From Acidobacteriota bacterium (lineage in GTDB: Bacteria > Acidobacteriota > UBA890 > WLXD01), in NCBI GenBank assembly GCA_963666215.2, contig CAXWPL010000004.1, positions 480,001 through 544,000 on the forward strand: a stretch of 64,000 nt of DNA. The letters are read 5' to 3'. Under the pieces are notes generated by a model. The model was not told the origin of the DNA, ran no database searches, and was given only the letters and a program-made list of their open reading frames with translations. The position numbers and the translations under genes were made by a program. Shown one piece after another: positions 20,103 to 29,260 of this stretch. Every line of letters begins with the position of its first letter. Position 1 is the first letter of the stretch.

Positions 20103-22290
20103 TCAGTCGGATCGTAGGGATTCGATCGGATCGACTCGTGCAGCACGGAGCGCCGGCACCAGGTTTGCCGCCAAAGCAACCGTGGCAAGAAGCGCCACGA
20201 CGCCAAGGACCACCAGCGGATCACTCGGCTCGACTGCGAACAGCAAGCTGCTCAGCAAACGGCCCGAAGCCAAGGCAGCCGCGCAACCCAGCACGAGCCC
20301 GATCGCCACGGGAACCATTCCAGAGCCGATCGTGTGCCGCACCACCGCGCCGCGCGAAGCGCCGAGAGCCAGGCGCACACCAATCTCGTGAGTTCGTTGC
20401 ACCACCAGGTAGCTCATCACGCCAAACACGCCGACTGCGCCAAGCCCTAGCGCCAGCGCCGCGAGGCCGCCGAACAGGACGGCGTAGGAGCGCGGCGCGG
20501 CGAGCGAGGAGCGAACAACGTCGGTCATCGAGCCCTGGCGGCTAATGGGGACGGTCGAATCGACGTCCCAAACCGCGCTTCGCAGCGCCGGCAGCACGTC
20601 CATCTGTTCGGCGCGAACCAAGAGAGACATACCGGTGAGCCAAGCCTCCTGGGCGTAGGGCACGAAAACCTCGGGCGTCGGGTCGGTACCCAGGCTCGAC
20701 TGGTGCATGTCGCCGATGACGCCGACGACCTCGAACCACGGGTCGCCGGTCGACCACCGCAACTCCCTGCCAACCGCATTCTCGCCAGGCCACAAGCGCT
20801 CGGCCAACGCATGGTTGATTATGCCGACGTCGGTCGCGTCGGCGGCATCTTCGGCGCTCAGATGGCGACCGGCCAGCAGCTTGACCCCCGCGGTGCTCAG
20901 GTAGCCGGGGGTCACCAGCCGGTATCCGACCATCATCGGCCGCGTCCCTTCGGGCACGGGAAGCCCATCGGGCGAGATCGCGGTTCCCATAGCGTCGGGT
21001 GTGAGCGGCAGACCGCTCGCGGCACCCACGGCCACGACGCCCGGGATCGCGGCGATCCGTTCTTCGACGGCGTCGTAGAACTGCGCGCGCTCGGCCTCCT
21101 CGACGTAGCGTGACGGCGAGGGCGCGAGCTGCATCGAGTAGAGATGCTCGACCACGAGCCCGGGATCAACTCTCTGCAGCGCCCACAAGCTCTTCGCCAG
21201 CAACCCCGCGGCCATCACGAGCACGACGGCAAGCGCCACCTCGGCAATCACCAGCGAGCGGTGCAATCGCACTGCCCGACCGCTCAGCGACGAGCGGCCG
21301 GCGACGGCGAGCTCCGAGCCGCATGGCGCGCTCGTCCGCAGCGCCGGCGCGAGGCCGAATCCCACACCGCAAACGAGCGACAGCGCGAGTGTGAATCCGA
21401 ACACAACCATGTCGGGCTCCACCTGAGCTTGGCGCGGCATTCCGGAGAGCAGCGAGGTGGCTATCGTCCGGGTCGCCAGGAGCGCCAGCAACTATCCGGC
21501 AACGCCGCCGGCGAGCGCCAGCAGGGTGCTCTCAGTCAATAGCTGGCGAACAATGCGGGCGCGGCCGGCGCCGATCGCCGAGCGGATGGCCATCTCCTGA
21601 CGCCGCGTGCTGCCACGCGCTAGCAGGAGGTTGGCGACGTTGGCGCACGCCATCAGCAGTACGGCGGCCACGGCGCCGAGCAACAGCCACAGCGTGCTCC
21701 CCACGCCTGCCGAACGCGCCGCGTGAAAGCTCACGACGTCGACGGCGGCAGCCGTCTCGCGGTCGAACAGCGGCTCATCAGCGTTGGTGAGGCGATCGAC
21801 CACAGCCGCGAGCTCGTTCGAGGCCCGTACACGCGCCAGCAACCAGAATCGCGCCATGTCGCTGTAGTCGTGACTGCCGCGCTCCAGAGTCACCGGCACC
21901 ACGATGTTCGACGGCCACGGCAACGGGTCGACCTCGGGTGCCAGTATCCCGACGATCGTCCTTTGCTCCGCGCCCTCGCCTTCGATCGGCAGGGTACGGC
22001 CGATCACCGCTGAGTCGCCCGCGAGCTGCGTGCGCCAATACTCGTGACCGAGCATGGCCACGGGATCGCTTCCGACCTCCGAGTCGGCCGCCGCGAAGCC
22101 GCGCCCCAGCGCTGGCGGCGCTCCGAACACGCCAAGCCAATCGGCCCCGACCACGGTGCCCCGCACTCGAGTGGGCTCTGTTTCTCCGGCTAGCGTGAAC
22201 GTGGCGCCACCAGCCAGCGCCATCGCTTCGAAGGTCTCGCTTTGAGCCTCGAGCATGTCTGCCTGCTCGGCCGAGAACCAGTGCGATCAA
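20103..22290 (-). pseudogene. ADOP-type ABC permease, N-terminally truncated, with an in-frame stop
   Basis: LMACANVANLLLARG, EMAIRSAIGA, EIGVRLALGA, ARVDP; TAG at 21492-21494 lies between two abutting same-frame ORFs; first TM segment missing. Confidence 0.85.
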
Positions 22291-22353
22291 AAGTTGATAC
22301 TTCCACGCAAGCACGCGACCGCAAGAGATTCTCGCGCTGGCGCCGTACGAAGC

Positions 22354-23649
22354 TCAGCCGGCCGCCGATTGTTCGGCGCGAGGAGCAAGAACCTCGGCGA
22401 ACTCCGCCGACTTGCGCGCCACGTTGACCAGGCTCTGGTAAGCGAGATCCGTCAGGCACCAGTGCATCTGGCCATCCTCGATCACAACCTGGCGGAGGTA
22501 GCCGTCCTGCCGCAAGAAACGAGCACACTGAGCGTCGCGATCGCCTTCGAGTCGACGCGTGTCGACGCGGTGAAGCAGCGTGTTACCGCGCTCTAGCCGT
22601 ACGCCATCGAGAGCCCCCAGCCAACGTCGCGCGCCGTCCACCGCCCACTGCCCGTAGGCCATCTGCATCCACTCACCGAGTGGCATCCGCGACGCCGTGA
22701 TGGAGACGCCCGACTCACCGGCAATGAACGCGAAGAAGACGATCATCGTGTCGATGAACAGCGCGATAAAGGCGAACACGATCGCGGTGGGTGATCCCGC
22801 AGCGAGCTCGCTGACGGCACGCTCCCAGTACTCCTCGTTCTCGAGCGGACGCGTATCGAGAATCGCCGGGTCGACCGTCAGCGGCACGAACTCGCCGGCA
22901 ACCTCGCCGATGCGCGCAGCCGGAACCGCGGCCGAGGCGCGTGAGTAGGAGGCCCGAAGCTGTTCGTGGTCGACGCTGGTGCCGTCGGTGAGCAATGCCA
23001 GCTCCGCATCGAGCTTCCCCAGACCCTCGCCGACCTCGAGCTCCATCTGCTGGATGCTGGGTAGCACAGTGGTCAGAAAGCGGTAGCGCTCGCCTGTACC
23101 GCTCGCCACGGTGCGCGTGTCGACGCTCAGATCCGATTCGGCCACCAGCCGCTGGAGGTAAGGATTCGAGATGTTGCGTAGCCCACCGCCGCTCGCCGCC
23201 TCGATCTCAATCCGCCGCTCGAGCTCGGCCGAAGCCTGGCGCAGCGTTCCGAGCGTCCCGGAGGTCTGCACGCGAGCGTCAACCAGGTACGCACGCAACG
23301 ACTCGTAACGCTCGATACGGCGCTCCTTGGCGATCGTCTCCTCGGAAAAGCCGCGGTGATAGAAGACGTACGACGTGAAGCTCGACATCACCACGGTGAA
23401 AACGATCACCGCGCCCAAGAAAGGCCTGTGTCGGTTGGGCTCACGGAGCGCGAGCGTCGACGTGAGCATGCCGAGCTGGATGATCGCGGCGAGGCCGAGC
23501 GCCGCCAGCACGGCGTACTGAAACTGCGGAAAGATCTCGGAGATGCCGTTGAACGTGCTGTAGCCCGAGACCAAGCAGCCGATCGCCGCGGCGAGCGCGG
23601 GGAACGTGTGGACTGGCGACTTGATGAAGTTGATCAGTGTGCGGAACAT
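22354..23649 (-). CDS. Membrane protein with coiled-coil ectodomain (DUF4407-like architecture)
   Basis: Three N-terminal hydrophobic helices, a helical region containing GTGERY, a fourth helix (FAFIALFIDT) and a soluble C-terminal tail. Confidence 0.7.
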   Translation of the reverse strand: MFRTLINFIKSPVHTFPALAAAIGCLVSGYSTFNGISEIFPQFQYAVLAALGLAAIIQLGMLTSTLALREPNRHRPFLGAVIVFTVVMSSFTSYVFYHRGFSEETIAKERRIERYESLRAYLVDARVQTSGTLGTLRQASAELERRIEIEAASGGGLRNISNPYLQRLVAESDLSVDTRTVASGTGERYRFLTTVLPSIQQMELEVGEGLGKLDAELALLTDGTSVDHEQLRASYSRASAAVPAARIGEVAGEFVPLTVDPAILDTRPLENEEYWERAVSELAAGSPTAIVFAFIALFIDTMIVFFAFIAGESGVSITASRMPLGEWMQMAYGQWAVDGARRWLGALDGVRLERGNTLLHRVDTRRLEGDRDAQCARFLRQDGYLRQVVIEDGQMHWCLTDLAYQSLVNVARKSAEFAEVLAPRAEQSAAG

Positions 23650-23768
23650 CGGCGGCGACTCCCTCGAAGGGTGGCGCCTCCCGTCAATCCCGACTAGCTG
23701 CCCCAACTCTATGGTACTTCAGACGCGGGGTGGGGCGTGAGGGTTCGGTTTGACTGTTGTGAGGGTCG

Positions 23769-23800
23769 GAGGGGGGGCTTGCGGAGAGACGCCCCCCCTC
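23769..23800. other. G7/C7 inverted repeat hairpin in intergenic region
   Basis: GAGGGGGGGC-N12-GCCCCCCCTC. Confidence 0.5.
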
Positions 23801-23953
23801 TCGGCGGGACGCGCATCGGCGGTGGTTGCCGCTGCCTACGACCTGGCCTGATGAGTCTGGCGGGGACGATTGGCGGCGAGCAAGTGCGGGCCCCGCTACG
23901 AGGCGGGCGTCTCTCCGCAAGCCGGCACGGGTAGTTGTGGAGCCTGAAACGAC

Positions 23954-26428
23954 CTAGTCGACGCTGAGGACGATGATGGGGTCGACGTTGGCGGCGCGCA
24001 GGGCGGGGGCTGACGCGGCAATCAGAGCCACGGAGAGCAGACCCAGAATGACCGCGGCGAGCACGGTGGGGTCGAACGGGGCGACATCGAAGAGGAGCGG
24101 CGCGACGAAGCGGATGGCGCCCGACAACCCGGCGGCGTGGATCTCGCGGCGCACAGTCGGTAGGAGCTCCCCCACCCGATCGGGCGCTGTGCGGACAAAG
24201 ATCGCCATCGGGGGATCGCTGACGATGCCTTGCCGCAGCGGCACGTAGTACTGGGCTGTCTCGTCTTCGACCAACTCCTGACGGCGCGCGTTCTCGGCAA
24301 TCCCCACGACGGTGGTGCACGGCAGATCGTCGCCGGACCCAACGAGCAGACACTTGCCGAGTGGCTCCTCGCCCGGCCAGTAGACGTCGGCCATGTGCTG
24401 CTCGACAACCGCCACCTGCTCATTCCCGAGCACGTCGTCGTCGGTGAAACCTCTGCCGTGCACAATCCGGACCCCTAGAGCGTCGAAGTAGCCCTCCGTG
24501 ACGGCGTTGATGTAGGGCCCACCGGTGGCGAAGCGCGGCATTTCTTCGCGGCTGAGGCCAGGTAGCAGCAGGCGCACCGAGGAACTCGACCAGAACGGCA
24601 TCGATTGCGAGGCACTCGCAGCCTCGACACCGGGCTGCCGAGTCAGACGCTTGACCGCGTCCAAGTAGAATGGCCGTACAAGCGCCTGGTCTATCGACGT
24701 CGGGTCGATCTCCGGTAGCGCCACCACGACGCCGGCGGTGTCGAAGCCCATGTCGAGAGTGATCACGTTGCGCAGACTCTTGAGAAAGAGCCCGGCACCT
24801 ACCAGCAGGACCACGGACAGAGCTGTCTGGGTGACCAGCAGCAAGGCGCGCGTTCGAGGCGCCGTGCCGCGGCCGCCGCGCTCACGGCCTCGGAGGGTGT
24901 CGCTGAGGTCAGGATCGCTGGACTGCAAGGCCGGTACGACGCCGGCCAACAGCCCGGTCAGGAGCGAAACCGCGGCCGTGAACAGCAAGACGCGGGTGTG
25001 CACCGGTGAGTCGGACCAGTGGACCTGCGGAAGCAGAACTGTCCGAACGAGAGCGCCGCCACGATCGGCGACAAGCAGGGCGAATCCCCCGCCGAGCAGA
25101 GCCAGTGCCAGGCTCTCGGTGAGGAGCTGGCCGACCAACCGGGCTCGCGACACGCCGAGAGCCAAGCGAATGCCGATCTCGTGACGACGGCGCAGAGAGC
25201 GCGCCAGCATCAGGTTGGCGACGTTGGCGCAGGCGATAAGCAGAACGACGCCGCTGACTCCCATCAACCATCGCGCCACCACCGAGGCGCTCGTACGCTG
25301 CAGACCACGTGCGGCAATCAACGAACCGGTGATCATTTCGGCGTCCGGATCGTAGTTGGCGTCGTCGGCGCGTCCGGCACGGTGTGCCGCGGTGGTCTCG
25401 GCCTGCACCGCGGCCACCTCGGCGCCAGCTGTCAATCGACCGAAGGCGCGCAGCCAGTAGTAGCCGCGACTTTCCTGCCAGTTGATTCCCGAGTCGGCGC
25501 GCCAGGCGTTGGCCGGATTGGCCGGCGAGCGCAGTGGCAGCCACAGATCGACGCGCCCCAGATCAGCCCCGGTGAATCCGTCCGGCGCCACGCCTATGAC
25601 GGTCACAGGAAAGCCGCCGACGCGAATCGAGCGGCCGACGATTGTCGGATCGGCGGCGAGCTCGTTCTGCCAAAAGTCGTGGCCGACGACAACAACGTCG
25701 TCGATACCTGCAGCTTCGTCCGCGTCGGTGAAGAACCGCCCCAGCGAAGGCGCCACACCGAGCAGATCGAAGTAACTCGCGCTGATCAAGCGACCGGGCA
25801 CCCGCTGGGCAGCCTCGCCCTCGCCCAGGGTCATGCGGCTCAGACCGCTAGAAACGGCGATCGCCTCCAGGCTCTCGACCGACGCCAGGTCGGCGTAGTC
25901 GGGATACGTCATCGTTGCTGATGTCGCGCTCTCGCCCCTGAAGTCGCGCCGCACGTAGAAGCGCACCACCCGGTCGGGCTCGACGATGTGCTCTGGCGCT
26001 CGCAAGAGCAGCCTGTCCAGAATGCCAAACATCGTGGCATTCGCACCCATCCCGAGCGCCAGCGTCGTCACGACGGCGGCTGTGAAGCCGGGGTTGGCGC
26101 GCATGCCACGGATCGCAAGGCGCAGGTTGTCCACCATCACGCCCACAACGCTCACCAGCCTCTCGCGTCGGGCACGACCCCGATCAATAGCGTGCAGGCC
26201 GCGTCGATGCCGGTCGAGATCGCCAAAACGTCGCCGCGCCCGTTCAGCAGCCTCGCCAGCCGGGATCCCTTGATCGATCAAGTCGCGTTGAGTGCGATCG
26301 AGGTGGTAGCCGATCTCGGCGTCGATCTCCCCCATCGACTCGCGCTTGGCGCTGCGAAACTGGAAGATGCGCGACCATCGCGCCCAGCCCCGGCGACCAC
26401 GCTCCTGCGGCGATCGTGCGGCGCACAT
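23954..26428 (-). CDS. ADOP-type ABC permease with N-terminal prefix domain; internal C-terminal deletion likely
   Basis: EIDAEIGYHL...ARRRFGD prefix, TLALGMGANATMF, IACANVANL; the second-half TM block and EIGIRxALGA motif are missing near 24130. Confidence 0.85.
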   Translation of the reverse strand: MCAARSPQERGRRGWARWSRIFQFRSAKRESMGEIDAEIGYHLDRTQRDLIDQGIPAGEAAERARRRFGDLDRHRRGLHAIDRGRARRERLVSVVGVMVDNLRLAIRGMRANPGFTAAVVTTLALGMGANATMFGILDRLLLRAPEHIVEPDRVVRFYVRRDFRGESATSATMTYPDYADLASVESLEAIAVSSGLSRMTLGEGEAAQRVPGRLISASYFDLLGVAPSLGRFFTDADEAAGIDDVVVVGHDFWQNELAADPTIVGRSIRVGGFPVTVIGVAPDGFTGADLGRVDLWLPLRSPANPANAWRADSGINWQESRGYYWLRAFGRLTAGAEVAAVQAETTAAHRAGRADDANYDPDAEMITGSLIAARGLQRTSASVVARWLMGVSGVVLLIACANVANLMLARSLRRRHEIGIRLALGVSRARLVGQLLTESLALALLGGGFALLVADRGGALVRTVLLPQVHWSDSPVHTRVLLFTAAVSLLTGLLAGVVPALQSSDPDLSDTLRGRERGGRGTAPRTRALLLVTQTALSVVLLVGAGLFLKSLRNVITLDMGFDTAGVVVALPEIDPTSIDQALVRPFYLDAVKRLTRQPGVEAASASQSMPFWSSSSVRLLLPGLSREEMPRFATGGPYINAVTEGYFDALGVRIVHGRGFTDDDVLGNEQVAVVEQHMADVYWPGEEPLGKCLLVGSGDDLPCTTVVGIAENARRQELVEDETAQYYVPLRQGIVSDPPMAIFVRTAPDRVGELLPTVRREIHAAGLSGAIRFVAPLLFDVAPFDPTVLAAVILGLLSVALIAASAPALRAANVDPIIVLSVD

Positions 26429-26429
26429 A

Positions 26430-26780
26430 TCAGCGCCCCTCCGGAGTTACCCCGGCGCCGAGTACCTGGAACACGGCGTCGGCGTAGTTCGCCCAACTGT
26501 CTGTGCTCGACTGCAACTGCTTCCGGCCTTTCCGCGTCAGCCGGTAGAACTTGGCGCGCCGGTTGTTGTCAGACAGCCCCCAACGCGACTCCACCCAGCG
26601 CCGCTTCTCCATCCGATGCAACGAGTTGTAGAGCGCCCCATCCTCGATCGCGATCCGCCCGTCCGTGATCGCGCGAATCCACTCGACGATCGCGTAGCCG
26701 TGCGCCGATCCGTCGTCCAGTGCCTTGAGCACCAAGACGTCGAGCGTCCCCTGCAGTAGTTTCAGCGCTTGTTCCGACAT
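26430..26780 (-). CDS. PadR family transcriptional regulator
   Basis: LLQGTLDVLVL, HGYAI, GALYNSLHRME, SDNNRRAKFYRLT. Confidence 0.93.
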   Translation of the reverse strand: MSEQALKLLQGTLDVLVLKALDDGSAHGYAIVEWIRAITDGRIAIEDGALYNSLHRMEKRRWVESRWGLSDNNRRAKFYRLTRKGRKQLQSSTDSWANYADAVFQVLGAGVTPEGR

Positions 26781-26795
26781 GCCTCTCTTCGCTCC

Positions 26796-26853
26796 CATGA
26801 AATGTTCATGTCAATTCCCATGAAGTATTCATGGGAAGGAGGGCGGGCGTCAA
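26796..26853 (-). promoter_or_regulatory. PadR promoter with tandem operators
   Basis: TTCCCATGAA-GTA-TTCATGGGAA (26815-26837) plus CATGAA-ATG-TTCATG (26796-26810); TTGACG-N18-AATACT on the minus strand. Confidence 0.7.
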
Positions 26854-27073
26854 GTCCGAGCGCAACTCCGAGGCATGGCGGCGTGCGGCGAGACGTGCCC
26901 CTCGTAGCGGGGCCCGCACTTGCTCCGCACCCAGCGTCGCCGCGATTCCCATCAGGCCAGACCGTCCGCGGCGGCCACCAGCGCCGAAGCGCGTCCCGCC
27001 TAGAGGGGCACGTCTCGCCGCACGCCTGCACCACCGTTGGGTCGCGTCGCTTACCCTCGAACCACCGCGAGAC

Positions 27074-28333
27074 TCAGACGGATCTGGCGGCGACTTCGTC
27101 CGGGTAGAAGTAGTTCAGCACTCGGCCGAAGGTGACGCCCTGCACGAGAATCGTGAATGCGACCACTGCGTAGGTGATGCTCACCAGCAGGTCGCGCTCT
27201 GGGCCGACGGGGAGAGAGAGCGCGAGGGCGACCGAGATGCCTCCGCGTAGACCGGCCCAGGTGAGGACCTTGACGGCGTGGGGACTGAAGCGCCGCCAGC
27301 GGCGCAACACCAACACCCCGAACCCGACGGAGATGAAGCGAGCTACGAGGACGACGGGAATCGCGATCAGGCCTACGATGAAGTACTCGGGGCGCAGGGT
27401 CAGGGCGAGCACTTCAAGGCCGATGAGCACGAACAAGGCGGCATTGAGGATCTCGTCGAGCAGCTCCCAGAAGGTGTCGAGGTTCCGGCGTGTCGTTTCC
27501 GACATGGCGAAAGCGCGGCCGCTGTTGCCGATGAGCAGGCCGGCCACGACCATCGCGAGGGGCCCTGAAGTGTGCAATGCGCCGGCCAGCGCGTAGCCGC
27601 CCATGACGAGCGCCAGCGTGATCAGCACCTCTACCTGATAGTTATCGACGCTCTTGAGCATACGGAACGCCAGGTAGCCGATGATCAGCCCGAACGCCAT
27701 GCCGCCGACCGCCTCTTGCAGGAACATGGTGATCACGCCACCGGCCGTCACAGCGTGGGTCGATGTCGTGATGTCGAAGAGCATGAGGAACACGACGACG
27801 CCGACGCCGTCGTTGAACAACGCCTCTCCGGCGATCTTGATTTCGATGCTACGCGGTGCATCGACCTGCTTGAGCACGCCCAGAACGGCGATCGGGTCGG
27901 TGGGCGAGATCAGCGCGCCGAAAAGAAAGCAGTAGAGCAAGGGGACGTCGAACCCGAGGGCGTCGAACACCAGGCTCATGGTGCCGCCGATCAGTACCGT
28001 CCCCAGCAGCACTCCGACCGTCGCGAGGTTGGCGATAATCGATCGTTGCTCGCGCAGAGAGTGGAGATCGATATGCAGCGATCCGGCGAACAGCAGAAAG
28101 CCGAGCATGCCGTGCATCACCGCCACGTTGAAGTCGATGGTGCGAACCGCGTCAGCCAGCAACAGAGCCAGAGGCGTCCATTCGGCCATGCCGAGCAGAA
28201 GCAGCACGATCGACACCAGCAGCGCCATGAGCATGACGCCGATCGTCGTCGGGAGGCCGAGGTAGCGATGATTGAGGTAGCTGAACGCCGCGCACAGCAC
28301 AATGAGGACGGCCGCGAAGTTCAGCAATTCCAT
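27074..28333 (-). CDS. nhaP: Na+/H+ antiporter (CPA1)
   Basis: FGALISPTDPIAV, GEALFNDG, WAGLRGGISVALAL. Confidence 0.93.
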   Translation of the reverse strand: MELLNFAAVLIVLCAAFSYLNHRYLGLPTTIGVMLMALLVSIVLLLLGMAEWTPLALLLADAVRTIDFNVAVMHGMLGFLLFAGSLHIDLHSLREQRSIIANLATVGVLLGTVLIGGTMSLVFDALGFDVPLLYCFLFGALISPTDPIAVLGVLKQVDAPRSIEIKIAGEALFNDGVGVVVFLMLFDITTSTHAVTAGGVITMFLQEAVGGMAFGLIIGYLAFRMLKSVDNYQVEVLITLALVMGGYALAGALHTSGPLAMVVAGLLIGNSGRAFAMSETTRRNLDTFWELLDEILNAALFVLIGLEVLALTLRPEYFIVGLIAIPVVLVARFISVGFGVLVLRRWRRFSPHAVKVLTWAGLRGGISVALALSLPVGPERDLLVSITYAVVAFTILVQGVTFGRVLNYFYPDEVAARSV

Positions 28334-28454
28334 GGGCGTTGGCGCTCGCTAGGGGAATGGTGTGTAGCAGATCGAGAGGCGAATTGTATGCGCCGGCAAC
28401 GCCGGGCGGTGGACCGCTTTGACGCGTGCTGACGACAGAACGTAGCTTGGCCGC

Positions 28455-28688
28455 ATGATCTTTCCGAAACTGGTCAAAGAAGCGTGCTTCGCACGCGCGG
28501 AGCTGCGCTGCGAGTGTAGCGTCAGCCACCCGCACCATGGGGGCAGTTGTGGCAACCGCGTGCAACGCTACACCTCGTTCTACCACTTCAAGCGCTCGCC
28601 TCAGCTCGGGGGGCGGGCCGACAAGAGCAACTGCGTGGTGGTTTGCAAGCAGTGTCACGAGGTGATGCTCAGCAGCGCCGAGGGCTAG
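28455..28688 (+). CDS. Minimal HNH-like zinc-binding protein
   Basis: RCEC...C, then H-x7-GG-x5-N-C-x3-CxxCH; 77 aa. Confidence 0.65.
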   Translation: MIFPKLVKEACFARAELRCECSVSHPHHGGSCGNRVQRYTSFYHFKRSPQLGGRADKSNCVVVCKQCHEVMLSSAEG

Positions 28689-29167
28689 GCGCCGGCAGCT
28701 CCCAGCGGCACACGCCTGAGCTCGATCCCCGACTGCTCGATGAGATCGGCGAACGCCCCTTCAAGCTCGTCGGGGTAGCTGAACGGATCGTCGAAGACAA
28801 ACTCGCCGATGCCCGCCTGAATCGCCTCTTTCACACAGCCGAAGCACGGGCGGAGGGTCGTGTAGAGCACACCACCCTGGGTGGCGTTGCCGTGGCGCGC
28901 GGAGAGCACGATGGCGTTCTGCTCGGCGTGTACACAGATGCACGTGTCGTACCCGTGCCCCGACGGGGCGTCGGACATGCAGCGCGGGCAGCCGCCGTCG
29001 ATGCAGTTGCGCACCCCCATCGGCGTGCCGTTGTACCCGGTGGAGATGATGGATCTGTCGACGACGATGAGGGCACCCACCTGGCGGCGGCAGCAGTTCG
29101 ACCGTGTTGACACCGCGTGGGCAATCCCCAGGTAGTACTCGTCCCAGTCGGGCCGGCTCACGAGCAC
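28685..29167 (-). CDS. dCMP deaminase family protein
   Basis: RPDWDEYYL, STGYNGTP, HAEQNA, PCFGC. Confidence 0.92.
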   Translation of the reverse strand: MLVSRPDWDEYYLGIAHAVSTRSNCCRRQVGALIVVDRSIISTGYNGTPMGVRNCIDGGCPRCMSDAPSGHGYDTCICVHAEQNAIVLSARHGNATQGGVLYTTLRPCFGCVKEAIQAGIGEFVFDDPFSYPDELEGAFADLIEQSGIELRRVPLGAAGA

Positions 29168-29260
29168 GCCCTGGTCGAGGTCGCGATCAAATTCCCTGCG
29201 CTTCGCATGCCCCCGGATGGTACCGGGCGCTCAGCGCCACCGCGACTCCTGTGCTCGTAC

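Noticed and set aside
29168-29260. Kinase-deaminase fusion (anti-phage dCTP deaminase type)
   Set aside because: An in-frame stop lies about 20 codons upstream of the deaminase and there is no P-loop domain
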